Below are positions 12,074-22,237 of a stretch of 64,000 nucleotides of DNA, one piece after another; position 1 is the stretch's first letter; the number at the start of each line of letters is the position of its first letter. The notes beneath the pieces were generated by a model. The model was not told where the DNA came from, ran no database searches, and saw nothing but the letters and a program-made list of their open reading frames with translations. The translations under genes were made by a program, and so were the position numbers. Where the stretch lies: NCBI GenBank assembly GCA_916439095.1, contig CAKAGU010000002.1, positions 45,580 through 109,579 on the forward strand, in the 5' to 3' direction. The DNA is from an uncultured Stomatobaculum sp. Lineage in GTDB: Bacteria; Bacillota; Clostridia; Lachnospirales; Lachnospiraceae.

Positions 12074-12538
12074 GTGAGTGATGAAATCCACATGACCATT
12101 TCGATTCCGGTAGATGACGAAGGATATGTGCTTTTGAAATGTGAACATTGTGGCACATTTTTCAAGGGTACTCCTTCAGATGTTCAGGACGATGGCGTAT
12201 GGCAGATATTCTGCCCAAGCTGTGGCTTAGTCAGCGATACATACATCACGGAAGATGTATTAGAGCTTGCTATGAAAATGACGAAAAATCTTGTCAATGA
12301 CATGATTTATGATGCGTTCAAGGATTTAGAGCGTCAGACTCGTGGTAATAGTATGGTTAAGTTCAAAGCTGGGAAACGCCCCGTACATGAAAGTGAAGAC
12401 CCTATCCGTTCGGGAATTGAAGCACTTGAGATTTGCACATTTCCATGTTGTACTCGTACAGCAAAAATAAAACCATTACTAAAAATGACGGGAGCCTATT
12501 GCCCGTTCTGTGGGGTGAAAAACTATGAGATTGAATAG
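12074..12538 (+). CDS. Zinc-ribbon protein inserted between pglX and pglZ
   Basis: CEHC, CPSC, CC, CPFC motifs; GAGGAG RBS. Confidence 0.8.
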   Translation: MSDEIHMTISIPVDDEGYVLLKCEHCGTFFKGTPSDVQDDGVWQIFCPSCGLVSDTYITEDVLELAMKMTKNLVNDMIYDAFKDLERQTRGNSMVKFKAGKRPVHESEDPIRSGIEALEICTFPCCTRTAKIKPLLKMTGAYCPFCGVKNYEIE

Positions 12539-13310
12539 GAATGAACTTAGAAAAATCCTGTATGATTTCAACAGCTTTTCTAATCGTCTGCTTCAAGCTG
12601 ATTACAATGACTATGCGGGTGTTCTTGGAAAATTCCTAAATTACATAAACGGCACCCCTATTATCATTGATTATATTAAGGACTGCGGCGAATGTGAGTG
12701 GAATTTAGCTGACGAGGTCAATAAGGTTCAATCGTCGTATGGACGTTTGATTTTCCCTACCGGAGATTCGAATGAGGAAGAAGTTCGCAATGTTTATGCT
12801 GTTTTGCGTTACTTGGTAGAGACTGATAATTCAGTTCATTATGGCGTGGCTATGGGATATTCTCATTCCAATGGCTATCAGGACAAGATTAAGGGGTTTA
12901 ATGACCGCTTTGTCATGGTGCTGATTCGTCATGTGGAGGGTTATCTTACGAAGGTGGGAATTGATATGGGGTTGGATGATAAAGTGGTATATAACGTTAC
13001 GGTGCATAACGGACAGGCTATCATAGCATCTGAAAATGCGAATGTCACCGCAACGAATAATGTCGGTATCAATACTGACGAACTTGCAAAACTGATTGCC
13101 GATGTACGGGCGACATCCGGTAACTTGACCCCAGAGGATCAAGTTACCGTCGCTGATAGTCTGGAGGTTATCGAAACTGAAGCATCAGCCAATAAACCTA
13201 AAAAGGGAATGTTAAAGACAGCTATTGCTACGTTAAAAACAGTAAAAGGCATTGCTGAGTTCAGTTCAGCTGTTGTTGCGTTAGCTGAGTTTGTTGGTCC
13301 CTTAATCTAA
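12525..13310 (+). CDS. Hypothetical protein (261 aa) inserted between pglX and pglZ
   Basis: Intact ORF overlapping the upstream gene by 14 bp; no family recognised. Confidence 0.8.
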   Translation: MRLNRNELRKILYDFNSFSNRLLQADYNDYAGVLGKFLNYINGTPIIIDYIKDCGECEWNLADEVNKVQSSYGRLIFPTGDSNEEEVRNVYAVLRYLVETDNSVHYGVAMGYSHSNGYQDKIKGFNDRFVMVLIRHVEGYLTKVGIDMGLDDKVVYNVTVHNGQAIIASENANVTATNNVGINTDELAKLIADVRATSGNLTPEDQVTVADSLEVIETEASANKPKKGMLKTAIATLKTVKGIAEFSSAVVALAEFVGPLI

Positions 13311-13328
13311 AGTTAAGGAGGATTCAGC

Positions 13329-15925
13329 ATGGATGCTGATAAAGTAATACAAGACTTGAATCGCAGATTTGCTGCACCCTTGCCTGAGTTCTACCAGAGA
13401 AGAATTATCTTCTGGTATGACGAGGATCTGGAATTTGCGGACAAGCTGGACGAAGTGATTCTGGAAAACGCCAAGGTGGTTGCTCTTACGGGCAGTAATA
13501 CATTTTCCATAAAGAAGCTGCTTTCAGTGGACGATCTGACGACAAACTATCTGGTTTACGATCCGCTGGTATATGACCAACCGGATGATAACTGGCTTTT
13601 GGATGTGGAGCTTTACAGTGAGGAGTTCCGGGCAGACCTGATTTCTATTTGGATGGATGAGATGGGGCTTACTTCAAATCCGGCCATGAGAAAGCAGGTG
13701 AAGAATTATCGTGCCTATTTTAATGCGAAGGAACGCCGTCAGAAAATAAGCAGCCAGAATAAAATTCCTGCTACTCCGGCACAGCTGCACATGGCTGTGA
13801 TGGCGGCAATCTGCGGCTTGAAAGAAGCGCAGCCAAATAAGATTCTTCGCAGCGTGTTCAGGGCAGGACTGGATTTGAACCACAATGCGATTTATCAAGA
13901 CTTCGTAAAAATACCATGCAGATAGTGCGTTTTGGGCAATGGTGCGTCAGGGATGCGGATTTGCCGAGGAAGAACCGGATCTCGGTCAACTGGCAATTCA
14001 TTTGCTGTTGACCGCCGCTACCCGTACCATGCGTCAGGAATATCTTGCTGGACTGGATAAGTTCATTTCCGTGCCGCATCAGGCATATTGCTATGATTTT
14101 ATCTCTGAATGGCTTCATGGTGAGGATGCTCAGCAGCTTTATGATGTGGCTCGATATGTTGAGGAGGAAGCCCGCCTTCATCAGAGATTTGAAAAGCTGA
14201 CAGTAGACAATCTGGCAGCGACAGAGTGCTTCCCTTGCATCAACGAGGTGATTCTGACCAAGTTGATGACAGAGATCAGTGACCATATCATTGATGTGGA
14301 TAAGATTGTTTCCACAGTTGAAAAACGGAGAACCTGTGCATGGTACGAGCCGTTTGAGAACTTCTATAACGGAATTTTGCAGGTGGCCAATATGCAGAGC
14401 TTCTTCAAGGAGCATTCTGCGGGGTTCCATACCGCAGAAGCGAAGGGCATCTGGAAAGAATACACGGAAAGCTATTATCGGATGGACACCTACTATCGCC
14501 TGTTCCATCTGAGCTTCCAAAAGAGTCTGGAAACCTCCAATATTCTGCTAGATGATCTGTTCAAGCACGTTGTCGATAAAGTGGAAGGACTCTATACCCA
14601 CTGGTTCCTGGGCGAACTGGGCAACAACTGGTCGGATGTATGTGCGGAAGAACTGGCAACCTACGGCAAGGTTCTGGAAGTGCCGCAGCAGGAGAATTTT
14701 TATAGTTCCCGAATTAGAACTTCCGAAAACAAGGTGTTTGTGATTGTTTCGGATGCCATGCGCTATGAAGTGGCAGCTGCTATGGCAGTTCAGCTTCAAA
14801 GAGAAACGCAGAGCAAGGTTGCTATCAGCAGTATGCAGAGTATCTTCCCCTCCATCACCAAGTTTGGCATGGCGGCATTGCTGCCGCATAAAAAGCTGAC
14901 TGCGGAGCTTCGGAACGATGTTTTGACCGTATTGGCAGATGGACAGCCTACCGCCAGCGGCTATCGGGACAAGATCCTGAAATCGGAAGATTTTGCGAGT
15001 GTGGCGCTGAAATACAACGACATCATCGCCATGAAACGAGCAGAGCGAAGCGTTTTGGTAAAAGGCATGGATGTGGTTTATATCTACCACGATACGATTG
15101 ATGAAGCCAGTCATACTTCTGATACTGCCGTATTCGCCGCCTGCGATAAGGCAATTTCGGAATTGAAGAACCTTGTTCGTATTATCGTGAATGAATTTGG
15201 TGGAACGAATATCCTGATTACCGCCGACCATGGATTCCTTTACACATACAGCCCTCTTACCGAGGACGACAAGGTGGACAAGTCCAGCTTTAACGGCATG
15301 GATGTGGAATATGGCAGACGCTATGCAATCATGCAGAAAGGCGCTCAGCCAAACTATCTGTTGCCGGTGAAGTTCCTGGGCGGCAATACGGAATATGATG
15401 GCTTTGCACCGAGAGAAAGCATCCGTATCAAGATGAATGGCGGCGGCTTGAACTTTGTGCATGGCGGTATCAGCTTGCAGGAAATGGTTGTTCCGGTGAT
15501 TGAATACCACTATCTCCGTAACGATTCTATGGAATATAAGCGCAACAAGCAGAAGTATGATACCAAGCCGGTAACGGTCAATCTGCTGTCTGCAAGCCGT
15601 AAAATCAGCAATATGATATTCTCTCTGAATTTATCAGCAGGATTCAGTTGGTGCGAACCGTGAAGCGGCAACCTATCAGGTCTACTTTACGGATGAAAGT
15701 GGCAAGCAAATCAGTGATGTTCAGAAAATCATTGCAGATAAGACAAGCGACAACGGTGCAGAGCGGACATTCCGCTGCCAGTTCAATCTGAAATCGCTGA
15801 AATATAGCAACACGGCTACTTATTATCTGGTAATTGCGGACGAGCAGGGATTACAGATGCCACAGCGTGAACCGTTCCAGATTGACATTGCTTTCGCTGT
15901 GGATGAGTTTGATTTCTTTAGTTGA
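13329..15925 (+). CDS. pglZ: BREX-1 phosphatase PglZ, frameshifts near 13915 and 15635
   Basis: RRIIFWYD, VIVSDAMRYEVA, PSITKFGMAALLPH, ITADHGF, FVHGGISLQEMVVP; ends IDIAFAVDEFDFFS. Confidence 0.95.
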
Positions 15926-15990
15926 GTCCACCGGCACACCCTGCCATGACGGATGATGGATTTGGCTTTTGGTACAACGAGGAAAGCACT

Positions 15991-16560
15991 ATGAACTTTT
16001 GGGATCACCTGATTTATCACACAGTCAGCGGATATTATCGAGATAAACGGCGTTTGGTTCGGGAGCATGAGCGTGAGCAGCAGCGCAAACCAGGGCTGAA
16101 AGCTATGCGCCTCAAGCCCCGACAAGAGTGCCGCCTAAAATTGTGCAGCAATAGGGCACTCCGGGCGAGAATATCCAAAAAGCACGGTTGGCGTGGGAAC
16201 GCATGATAAAAAAAGGGTAACTTGGAACATACCATCACTGACGGGCAGGAAATACTAACAACGATCCTGGCGATAATCGTATGTGATGTTGTAATGATGG
16301 GGAATATCCCGGCTCAAGATAAGCTTTCGGAAGTGGAATTGTATTTTGCACAGAACCGGTTAGAAACGCTAAAGCCTGCCAAGGAGTTTTTGCTGGATAT
16401 TGCCGCTCACGGAGAGATGTGGCGGTTCTGCGACACGATGATGAATCACCAGAGCGGCAAATTGGCGGGCTTATGGGATATTGCAATGACCCTGGTGCAA
16501 AACGGAAACTGTGAGCAGGATATGAGTGACTTTATGCTGGCTTATCAAAATTTGGCATAA
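15991..16560 (+). CDS. Hypothetical protein (~190 aa if frameshifts are joined) at the usual brxL position
   Basis: GAGGA RBS, MNFWDHLIYHTVSGYYRD..., continues into ORF 16222-16560. Confidence 0.5.
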
Positions 16561-16596
16561 AGCCTTGTTACTGAAATGATATATATGGGGATCCTT

Positions 16597-17576
16597 ATGC
16601 AAAGCAGAACGAAGCTCAGAATTCTATATTTGTACCAGCACCTGGTTCGGCATACGGACGCAGAACATCCGCTCTCTACCGCTGTGTTGATCAAGATTCT
16701 GAAAGAGCAATATGCCATCAGGGTTTCCCGGAACACAATCAGCGATGACCTCGCCATTCTTCACGACTGCGGTCTTCACATTGAGCACTATGAGTCTACA
16801 CAGAACAAGTATTACTATGATGGTCACGCCTATGATCTGGCAGAGCTTAAACTCCTGACGGATGCAATTTCTTCTTCCAAGTTCATAACGCAGCGAAAGA
16901 GTGATGAACTGATTTCCAAGCTTCTTACACTGACCAGTGCATCGAATGCCGCCAAGCTCCGCCGTCACATCTATGTGGCCGGTCGTGTGAAGTCGGATAA
17001 TGAGCAAGGCTATTACATTGTGGATGCCCTCAATGAGGCTATCGACACCCGACGGAAGATCCAGTTTGCCTACACGGATTTTGATGTGAACAAGAAGCGC
17101 TACATGACCAATGGCGGTGCGCCGTACACGGTAAGTCCCTATACATTGGAATGGGATGGCGACTACTATTACCTGCGCGGCTTCTGCGATGAGCGCCAGG
17201 CGATGCGCACTTTCCGCATCGACCGCATTGCGGAGCAACCGAAAATCCTGAATCAGATTGCGGTATCACCTCCGGAAGATTACTCACTGTCCATTTCAGC
17301 AAGTGTGTTTTTCGTATGTTTGACACGGATCAGCCGGAAGAAGTTCAGCTTCAGTGCCATGTATCGACAATGAAGTATCTCATCGATAACTTTGGCATGG
17401 ATGTTAAGACAGAACCAATCGGTGAAGATAGCTTTAGGGCCAATGTCCTTGTGTGCGCTAGCTCAACTTTTTACCGTTGGCTCTTTGGTTTCAACGGTAA
17501 GATCAAGATTCTGGGACCGGAAGCGGTGAAGAATGCCTACCGGGAAATGCTCCAAAAAGCGCTCTATGAGGAGTGA
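16597..17576 (+). CDS. wHTH-WYL-WCX transcriptional regulator, frameshift near 17295
   Basis: LRILYLYQHL..HTDAEHPLS, VSPYTLEWDGDYYYL, RTFRIDRI, WLFGFNGKIKILGP. Confidence 0.9.
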
Positions 17577-17700
17577 ATCGTAGTTCGCTGCTCAATATTC
17601 TGTGCACCTGCGTTCCATTAAACGCCTCACCCCTTGACCTCATCGTGATATGTACCCTCTTTACTGGACACGAAAGTGTCACAGTAAGGAGGGTTTTATC

Positions 17701-18273
17701 ATGCGCTATGATTATGAATTTAAGAAGATGTGTGTCGACCTGTATCGACAGGGGAAATGGCCAGAGACACCGGAGGGTTATAACGATCCGGGTAACTTTC
17801 ACGTCATGATTCGTCGATGGGCTCGTGCCGAAAAGGCAAATGGCCCCCAGGTCCTAAAGCATGGAAAGCAGCATCCGTGGACGCCTGAAGAGAAACTGAA
17901 GCTAATCACAAAGGTTCTCGCCGGGAGGACGGCACAGTCCGTTGCGCTAGAGGCCGGCATTGAGAGCCGTCTGCTCTATGACTGGGTGCAAAAATATAAG
18001 ATTTACGGGTACAATGGACTTGTAAGTAAGAAGAAAGGCCGCAAGTCAAAGGATACTGCGAAGATGAAGAAAGTAAATATCAACAATCCCAGAAAACTAA
18101 AGGAGAGTGAATACGAGGAGCTCCTCCGGCTTCGTGAAGAGAACGCCTTGATTAAGGCCGAGAACGAAGTAATAAAAAAAGAGATCGCCTTGAGAGAAGA
18201 AAAGGAAGCTGCGCGACTCAAGGCGAGAAAGCAGCGATCATCAAAGAACTCCGCGACAGAGGATACAAACTGA
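17701..18273 (+). CDS. IS3 OrfA (HTH)
   Basis: HTH plus coiled coil; A7G slippery site at 18174-18181 for -1 frameshift. Confidence 0.9.
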   Translation: MRYDYEFKKMCVDLYRQGKWPETPEGYNDPGNFHVMIRRWARAEKANGPQVLKHGKQHPWTPEEKLKLITKVLAGRTAQSVALEAGIESRLLYDWVQKYKIYGYNGLVSKKKGRKSKDTAKMKKVNINNPRKLKESEYEELLRLREENALIKAENEVIKKEIALREEKEAARLKARKQRSSKNSATEDTN

Positions 18274-18290
18274 AGTATCTGCTGACAGCA

Positions 18291-19091
18291 ATGGGAATGT
18301 CCCGGTCCACCTACTACTATGAACTTGGCAGGACTGACGCAGTTGCTCTCAGGAATACAGGTCTTTCCGCAGAGATCCGCAGAATTTACGATGAGAACCG
18401 GCAGCGATATGGTGTCCGCCGAATTACGGCGGAGCTGCATAATCGTGGATTTGAGGTCAATCACAAGCGTGTTCAGCGGCTCATGCACGACATGGAACTG
18501 TTCGGCAAGCGTCCGAAGGAGAAGTATCATTCTTACAAAGGTGAGGTGGGCAAGACCGCTGACAATCTCCTTAAACAGGATTTTATTTCAGACACACCTC
18601 TCGAGAAATGGACAACAGACGTATCTCAGTTCAACATGGGATGGGGGAAGTGCTACTTTTCTCCGATCCTCGACATGTGCGGGAACGAGATTATCTCGTA
18701 CAATGTTTCGCTGCATCCTAACATGGAACAGATTAAGGACATGCTGGATAAGGCATTTGCAAAGTTCCCAAAGTTAACAGGCTTGATTATGCATTCAGAT
18801 CAGGGCTGGCAGTATCAGCACGCCTACTATCGAACCGAGCTTGAGAAGCATGGCATCACACAGTCGATGTCCAGAAAGGGGAATTGCCATGATAACGGCA
18901 TTATGGAGTCGTTCTTTGGTCGGATGAAGAATGAGATGTTCTATGGACATGAGCAAGAGTTCAAGTCCTTTGAGGAATTCGTTACTGCAGTCGATGATTA
19001 TATCGATTACTATAACAACAGGAGAATCCAGAAGAAAACAAACTGGATGCCTCCTGTACAATACAGGATAGCATCCAGTTGCGGTGCCTAA
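18291..19091 (+). CDS. IS3 OrfB DDE transposase
   Basis: YGVRRI, WTTDVS, HSDQGWQY, DNGIMESFFGRMKNE. Confidence 0.95.
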   Translation: MGMSRSTYYYELGRTDAVALRNTGLSAEIRRIYDENRQRYGVRRITAELHNRGFEVNHKRVQRLMHDMELFGKRPKEKYHSYKGEVGKTADNLLKQDFISDTPLEKWTTDVSQFNMGWGKCYFSPILDMCGNEIISYNVSLHPNMEQIKDMLDKAFAKFPKLTGLIMHSDQGWQYQHAYYRTELEKHGITQSMSRKGNCHDNGIMESFFGRMKNEMFYGHEQEFKSFEEFVTAVDDYIDYYNNRRIQKKTNWMPPVQYRIASSCGA

Positions 19092-19144
19092 CGATAGTCA
19101 ATGTGTCCAGAATTCTGGGTACATATCATCGTCAAGGGGTTTTT

Positions 19145-19177
19145 ATAATGCCATTAATGGAACGATTCATTCCATTA
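19145..19177 (+). promoter_or_regulatory. -10 box and palindromic operator of the LexA-like gene
   Basis: TATAAT then TAATGGAA-N7-TTCCATTA; matching -35 TTGACC lies on the far side of the IS. Confidence 0.6.
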
Positions 19178-19199
19178 TCGATTGAAAGGAATTGCGACC

Positions 19200-19822
19200 A
19201 TGAGGAAAATGAACTCGGAGACGATGGAACTCATCATTTCTTACGTTGATCAGTATTTCTGTGAAAAGCATGCCACGCCTTCGGTGAATGAAATTGCCAA
19301 GGGTGTGGACATCCCCAAAACAACTGCATATCGCTACCTGGTTGAAATGGATAATCGCGGAATGATTGAGTATGATGGTCAGTCTCGTGCCATCAATACG
19401 CCGATGATCAACAAGTTCACGACCGGTTCTGCCCCTTGTCCTGTTGTCGGATCCATCCCATGTGGAACTGCGGAGGAAAAGGAGGAATGCATTCGGGAAT
19501 ACATCAGCCTTCCTGTTTCCCTTTTCGGGAAGGGTGAGTTCTATATTCTGGAGGCATGCGGTGACTCCATGGTTGATGCGGGCATCGATGACGGTGACAG
19601 AGTCGTTATCAGGATGGATTGCGAGGCCAGGGTTGGTGATATCGTTGTTGCCCTATTGGGTGACAATGAGAGCACGCTGAAGGTGTATGGCGGTGTTGAT
19701 GCTGAGAATCAGGAAGCGATTCTCTTTATCAGAAATGAAGCTGTTTATCCCGGTAAAGAGATACGCACAAAAAAATCTGATTGTCCAGGGAGTTGCAAAA
19801 GCACGTCATCAAGGCACTGTAA
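19200..19822 (+). CDS. LexA-like S24 autopeptidase repressor, frameshift near the 3' end
   Basis: PSVNEIA HTH, cleavage region VGSIPCG, catalytic GDSM and TLK; ends VQGVAKHVIKAL. Confidence 0.85.
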
Positions 19823-19844
19823 TCCGGTGAACGGAGGTGAAAGC

Positions 19845-20038
19845 ATGAATCAATACGATATGAAATGTCCCGATTTGCGGAAAGAGTCAATCATCAACTG
19901 CTGCTCGAAGAGACAGACGGATGGATGGAATGCGAATACTGCGGGGAAACGACGCAGCAGCTCCGGAGGATGTGGAAAATACAGAAGCCCTTTGTCTTGG
20001 CAAGAAGGGGTGAACATGTCGCAATTCCTACAGTATGA
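19845..20038 (+). CDS. Small zinc-ribbon protein, frameshifted
   Basis: GGAGG RBS; reconstructed KCPICG...LEETDGWMECEYCG. Confidence 0.55.
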
Positions 20039-20070
20039 AAAAACGAGCGAATGAGAAGGGAGCAAGGTAA

Positions 20071-20286
20071 TTGGCACATGAGAGCCAGGGCATATTACGC
20101 CCGAGAAGCGTTTGTTGTCCCAACTGCCATGAGGTTAATCATGGTTTGGAAGATCGCGAGGGCATAGTCCGCGTCACTTGCAAACGTTGCAAGTCGGTTA
20201 TGGTACAGAAGCGAATGGGCCGCAGACACAATCGTATCGATGTGTATGCGCCGGAAGATCGGAATGAACTTACATGTAATAAATGA
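20071..20286 (+). CDS. Small zinc-ribbon protein
   Basis: CPNC and CKRC motifs. Confidence 0.6.
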   Translation: MAHESQGILRPRSVCCPNCHEVNHGLEDREGIVRVTCKRCKSVMVQKRMGRRHNRIDVYAPEDRNELTCNK

Positions 20287-20392
20287 AATAGAATGAGCGT
20301 ACAGACGGGAATGGTCGAGTTGAAACAGACTGCGTAAATCCATTTCAGGTCACATGCTTGAATAGTCGATGAGTTAAGCCAGACATACATGA

Positions 20393-20459
20393 GAGGCCAT
20401 CGGCAAGGACAGGATACCTATATCCATAGGGTTCCGTCCTTGTCGGTGGCTTCTTTTTT
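20393..20459 (+). terminator. Long hairpin terminator/attenuator
   Basis: GAGGCCATCGGCAAGGAC...GTCCTTGTCGGTGGCTTC plus T-tract. Confidence 0.7.
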
Positions 20460-20687
20460 GTACCGATTAGCAAGACAAAAGCATGATTTCAATCCACGTC
20501 ATAAACATATCGCATCCTGACATGTATGAAGGGCTGAGGATATACATATAGTTCAGATTTCGGAGAGAAGCGATATCGGTATCCTTATCTCTTTTTGGCT
20601 TTTGTAAGGTCCTGAAGGTTCTAATCTGTCTGCAGGAAGGTGTAGCTCCTTCCAATCTCCCGTGTCAGGAGGAAAGGAAAAATAATT

Positions 20688-20979
20688 TTGTACAATATAG
20701 GGAAGCTGATTTTTGCAGGGCGTTTGAAAGCACTTCGTAAAGCCCGAGGTAAGACGCAGGAGAAAAAGTGCTGAAGAACTCAACATCAGTCTCGAACATC
20801 TCGGCAATATAGAGCGTGGAAAAGGGAAACCATCGCTGGAACTGCTTGTTGAAATTGCTCTCTATTTTCATGTTAGCACGGACTATCTACTTCTGGGGAA
20901 TGAGATTGATAAAGATTCTGTTCGCAGGAATCTTATTGAAATGGCTTCTCATATGATGGAACTTGCCAGTAAATTGTAG
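20688..20979 (+). CDS. XRE-family HTH regulator, frameshifted, absent from the ORF track
   Basis: RLKALRKARGKTQE..AEELNISLEHLGNIERGKGKPSLELLVEIALYFHVSTDYLLLG. Confidence 0.75.
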
Positions 20980-21129
20980 AGCATCGGAAGTAGTAGAATT
21001 TTTCTCTTTTTCTGTTGATAGAAAAAAATGCTATAGACAACTTTACATATAGCTACAATCCAGAAGGTGAATGCCAACCTGAGTCCTGATGTAAACCTCA
21101 TGGAATTAGTTTGGTTGCCCCAGGGCAAG

Positions 21130-21171
21130 AAAAACCTGCAGGTACCACAATTGTGGTACCTGCAGGTTTTT
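21130..21171. repeat. Perfect 42-bp palindrome
   Basis: AAAAACCTGCAGGTACCACAA|TTGTGGTACCTGCAGGTTTTT. Confidence 0.95.
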
Positions 21172-21250
21172 GATAGAAAAAAATAGGGCTCGATCCTAGG
21201 ATAGAGCCCTTACAAAAAGCATTGCTGCTTTTTTTCGACGTGCCATTAGT

Positions 21251-22237
21251 TTAAACGAGGGAGAACCAGTTGTCAATGACCAGTTTCAAAAAATTGAAAT
21301 TCGCGGCAATCAACTGATTTGTATTGTAATAGTCAGCGTGCCTCATCATCCGATCTTTAAATGCATGTAATTTTTGAGCGGCCTTGTTGTGGACCCCTTT
21401 GCTGGTCACGATTTCGTTATGGATATAGAGAACATATATTAGCTCCTGCATCCGTTCATTCTGCATACGACGTTTACGGGAATCAGATGAAAGCGAGGGA
21501 TTACTGCTAACTTTTTGGATTACAGGATACTTGGGCTTATATGGTGCAGTACCTGTATGGAAATCATTGATGAAGCAGTCGTTGTGGGCACAGGCGTTTC
21601 GAACATTTTTACATCTGATCATGATGTAAAAGCGATCGCACATCGACTTAGAGTTAAAACGTTTAGCACAAAAGAGATAGAAATCAAGGATTGTACCAAA
21701 AGGAAGAAGTTCTAAAAAAACCCAAGCAGGGAAATCAGGATTATATTTATTATAGACGTCTTTCGTGTAATAGCTATTCTGATTTTGCCGTAATTCCGAT
21801 TGAATGTGTTGTTTTCTGTCGGTTTTCTGAGCATTAAGGAAATCTGAGACGATTTTATAACCGTCTTCATTATGTCGCTCAATTTCTCCTAGAAGATCCA
21901 TTTTTGCAAAATGCTCAATATCAAGTGTTAGTTGGATAAACGTGTATCTCAGTTCCATGTCGATAATGGCAAGATCCTGAAGATATCCAAAATCTAGATT
22001 TACATACTCGTCTATTGGATTTTGCTTTGAATCAAGTCGTTTATTATAGTTCTTGCGGTAGGACGCTACACGGAAATAGTTATTATTTTTTTCCATGTAC
22101 TGGACGGCATCTTCCGGAGAAACGATATTGAACGTAATTCCTTTGCGTTTCATGTGTTCAACTAGGTCCTGGGAGGACTTCATTGGCTTGGTAAGTGTAC
22201 TCATAGGATAGTCGGACTCCATTAAAAATCGTTTCAC
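21251..22237 (-). CDS. Abi family (Abi_2/AbiF/AbiD) HEPN RNase toxin
   Basis: NNYFRVASYRKNY, DLAIIDMELR, PAWVFLELLPFG, HEPN motif RNACAH; true start may be a few codons downstream. Confidence 0.88.
   Translation of the reverse strand: MKRFLMESDYPMSTLTKPMKSSQDLVEHMKRKGITFNIVSPEDAVQYMEKNNNYFRVASYRKNYNKRLDSKQNPIDEYVNLDFGYLQDLAIIDMELRYTFIQLTLDIEHFAKMDLLGEIERHNEDGYKIVSDFLNAQKTDRKQHIQSELRQNQNSYYTKDVYNKYNPDFPAWVFLELLPFGTILDFYLFCAKRFNSKSMCDRFYIMIRCKNVRNACAHNDCFINDFHTGTAPYKPKYPVIQKVSSNPSLSSDSRKRRMQNERMQELIYVLYIHNEIVTSKGVHNKAAQKLHAFKDRMMRHADYYNTNQLIAANFNFLKLVIDNWFSLV

Larger units (their letters stand above)
17646..19128 (+). mobile_element. IS3-family (IS150-like) insertion sequence, 1483 bp
   Basis: Terminal IRs TGATATGTACCC...CTGGACAC / GTGTCCAG...GGGTACATATCA; 3-bp TSD TCG; orfA/orfB. 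Confidence 0.95.

Noticed and set aside
8633..15510. Long antisense ORFs (8633-9700, 14548-15510) and many in the GC-rich half
   Set aside because: Shadow frames of well-supported genes with no motifs or RBS
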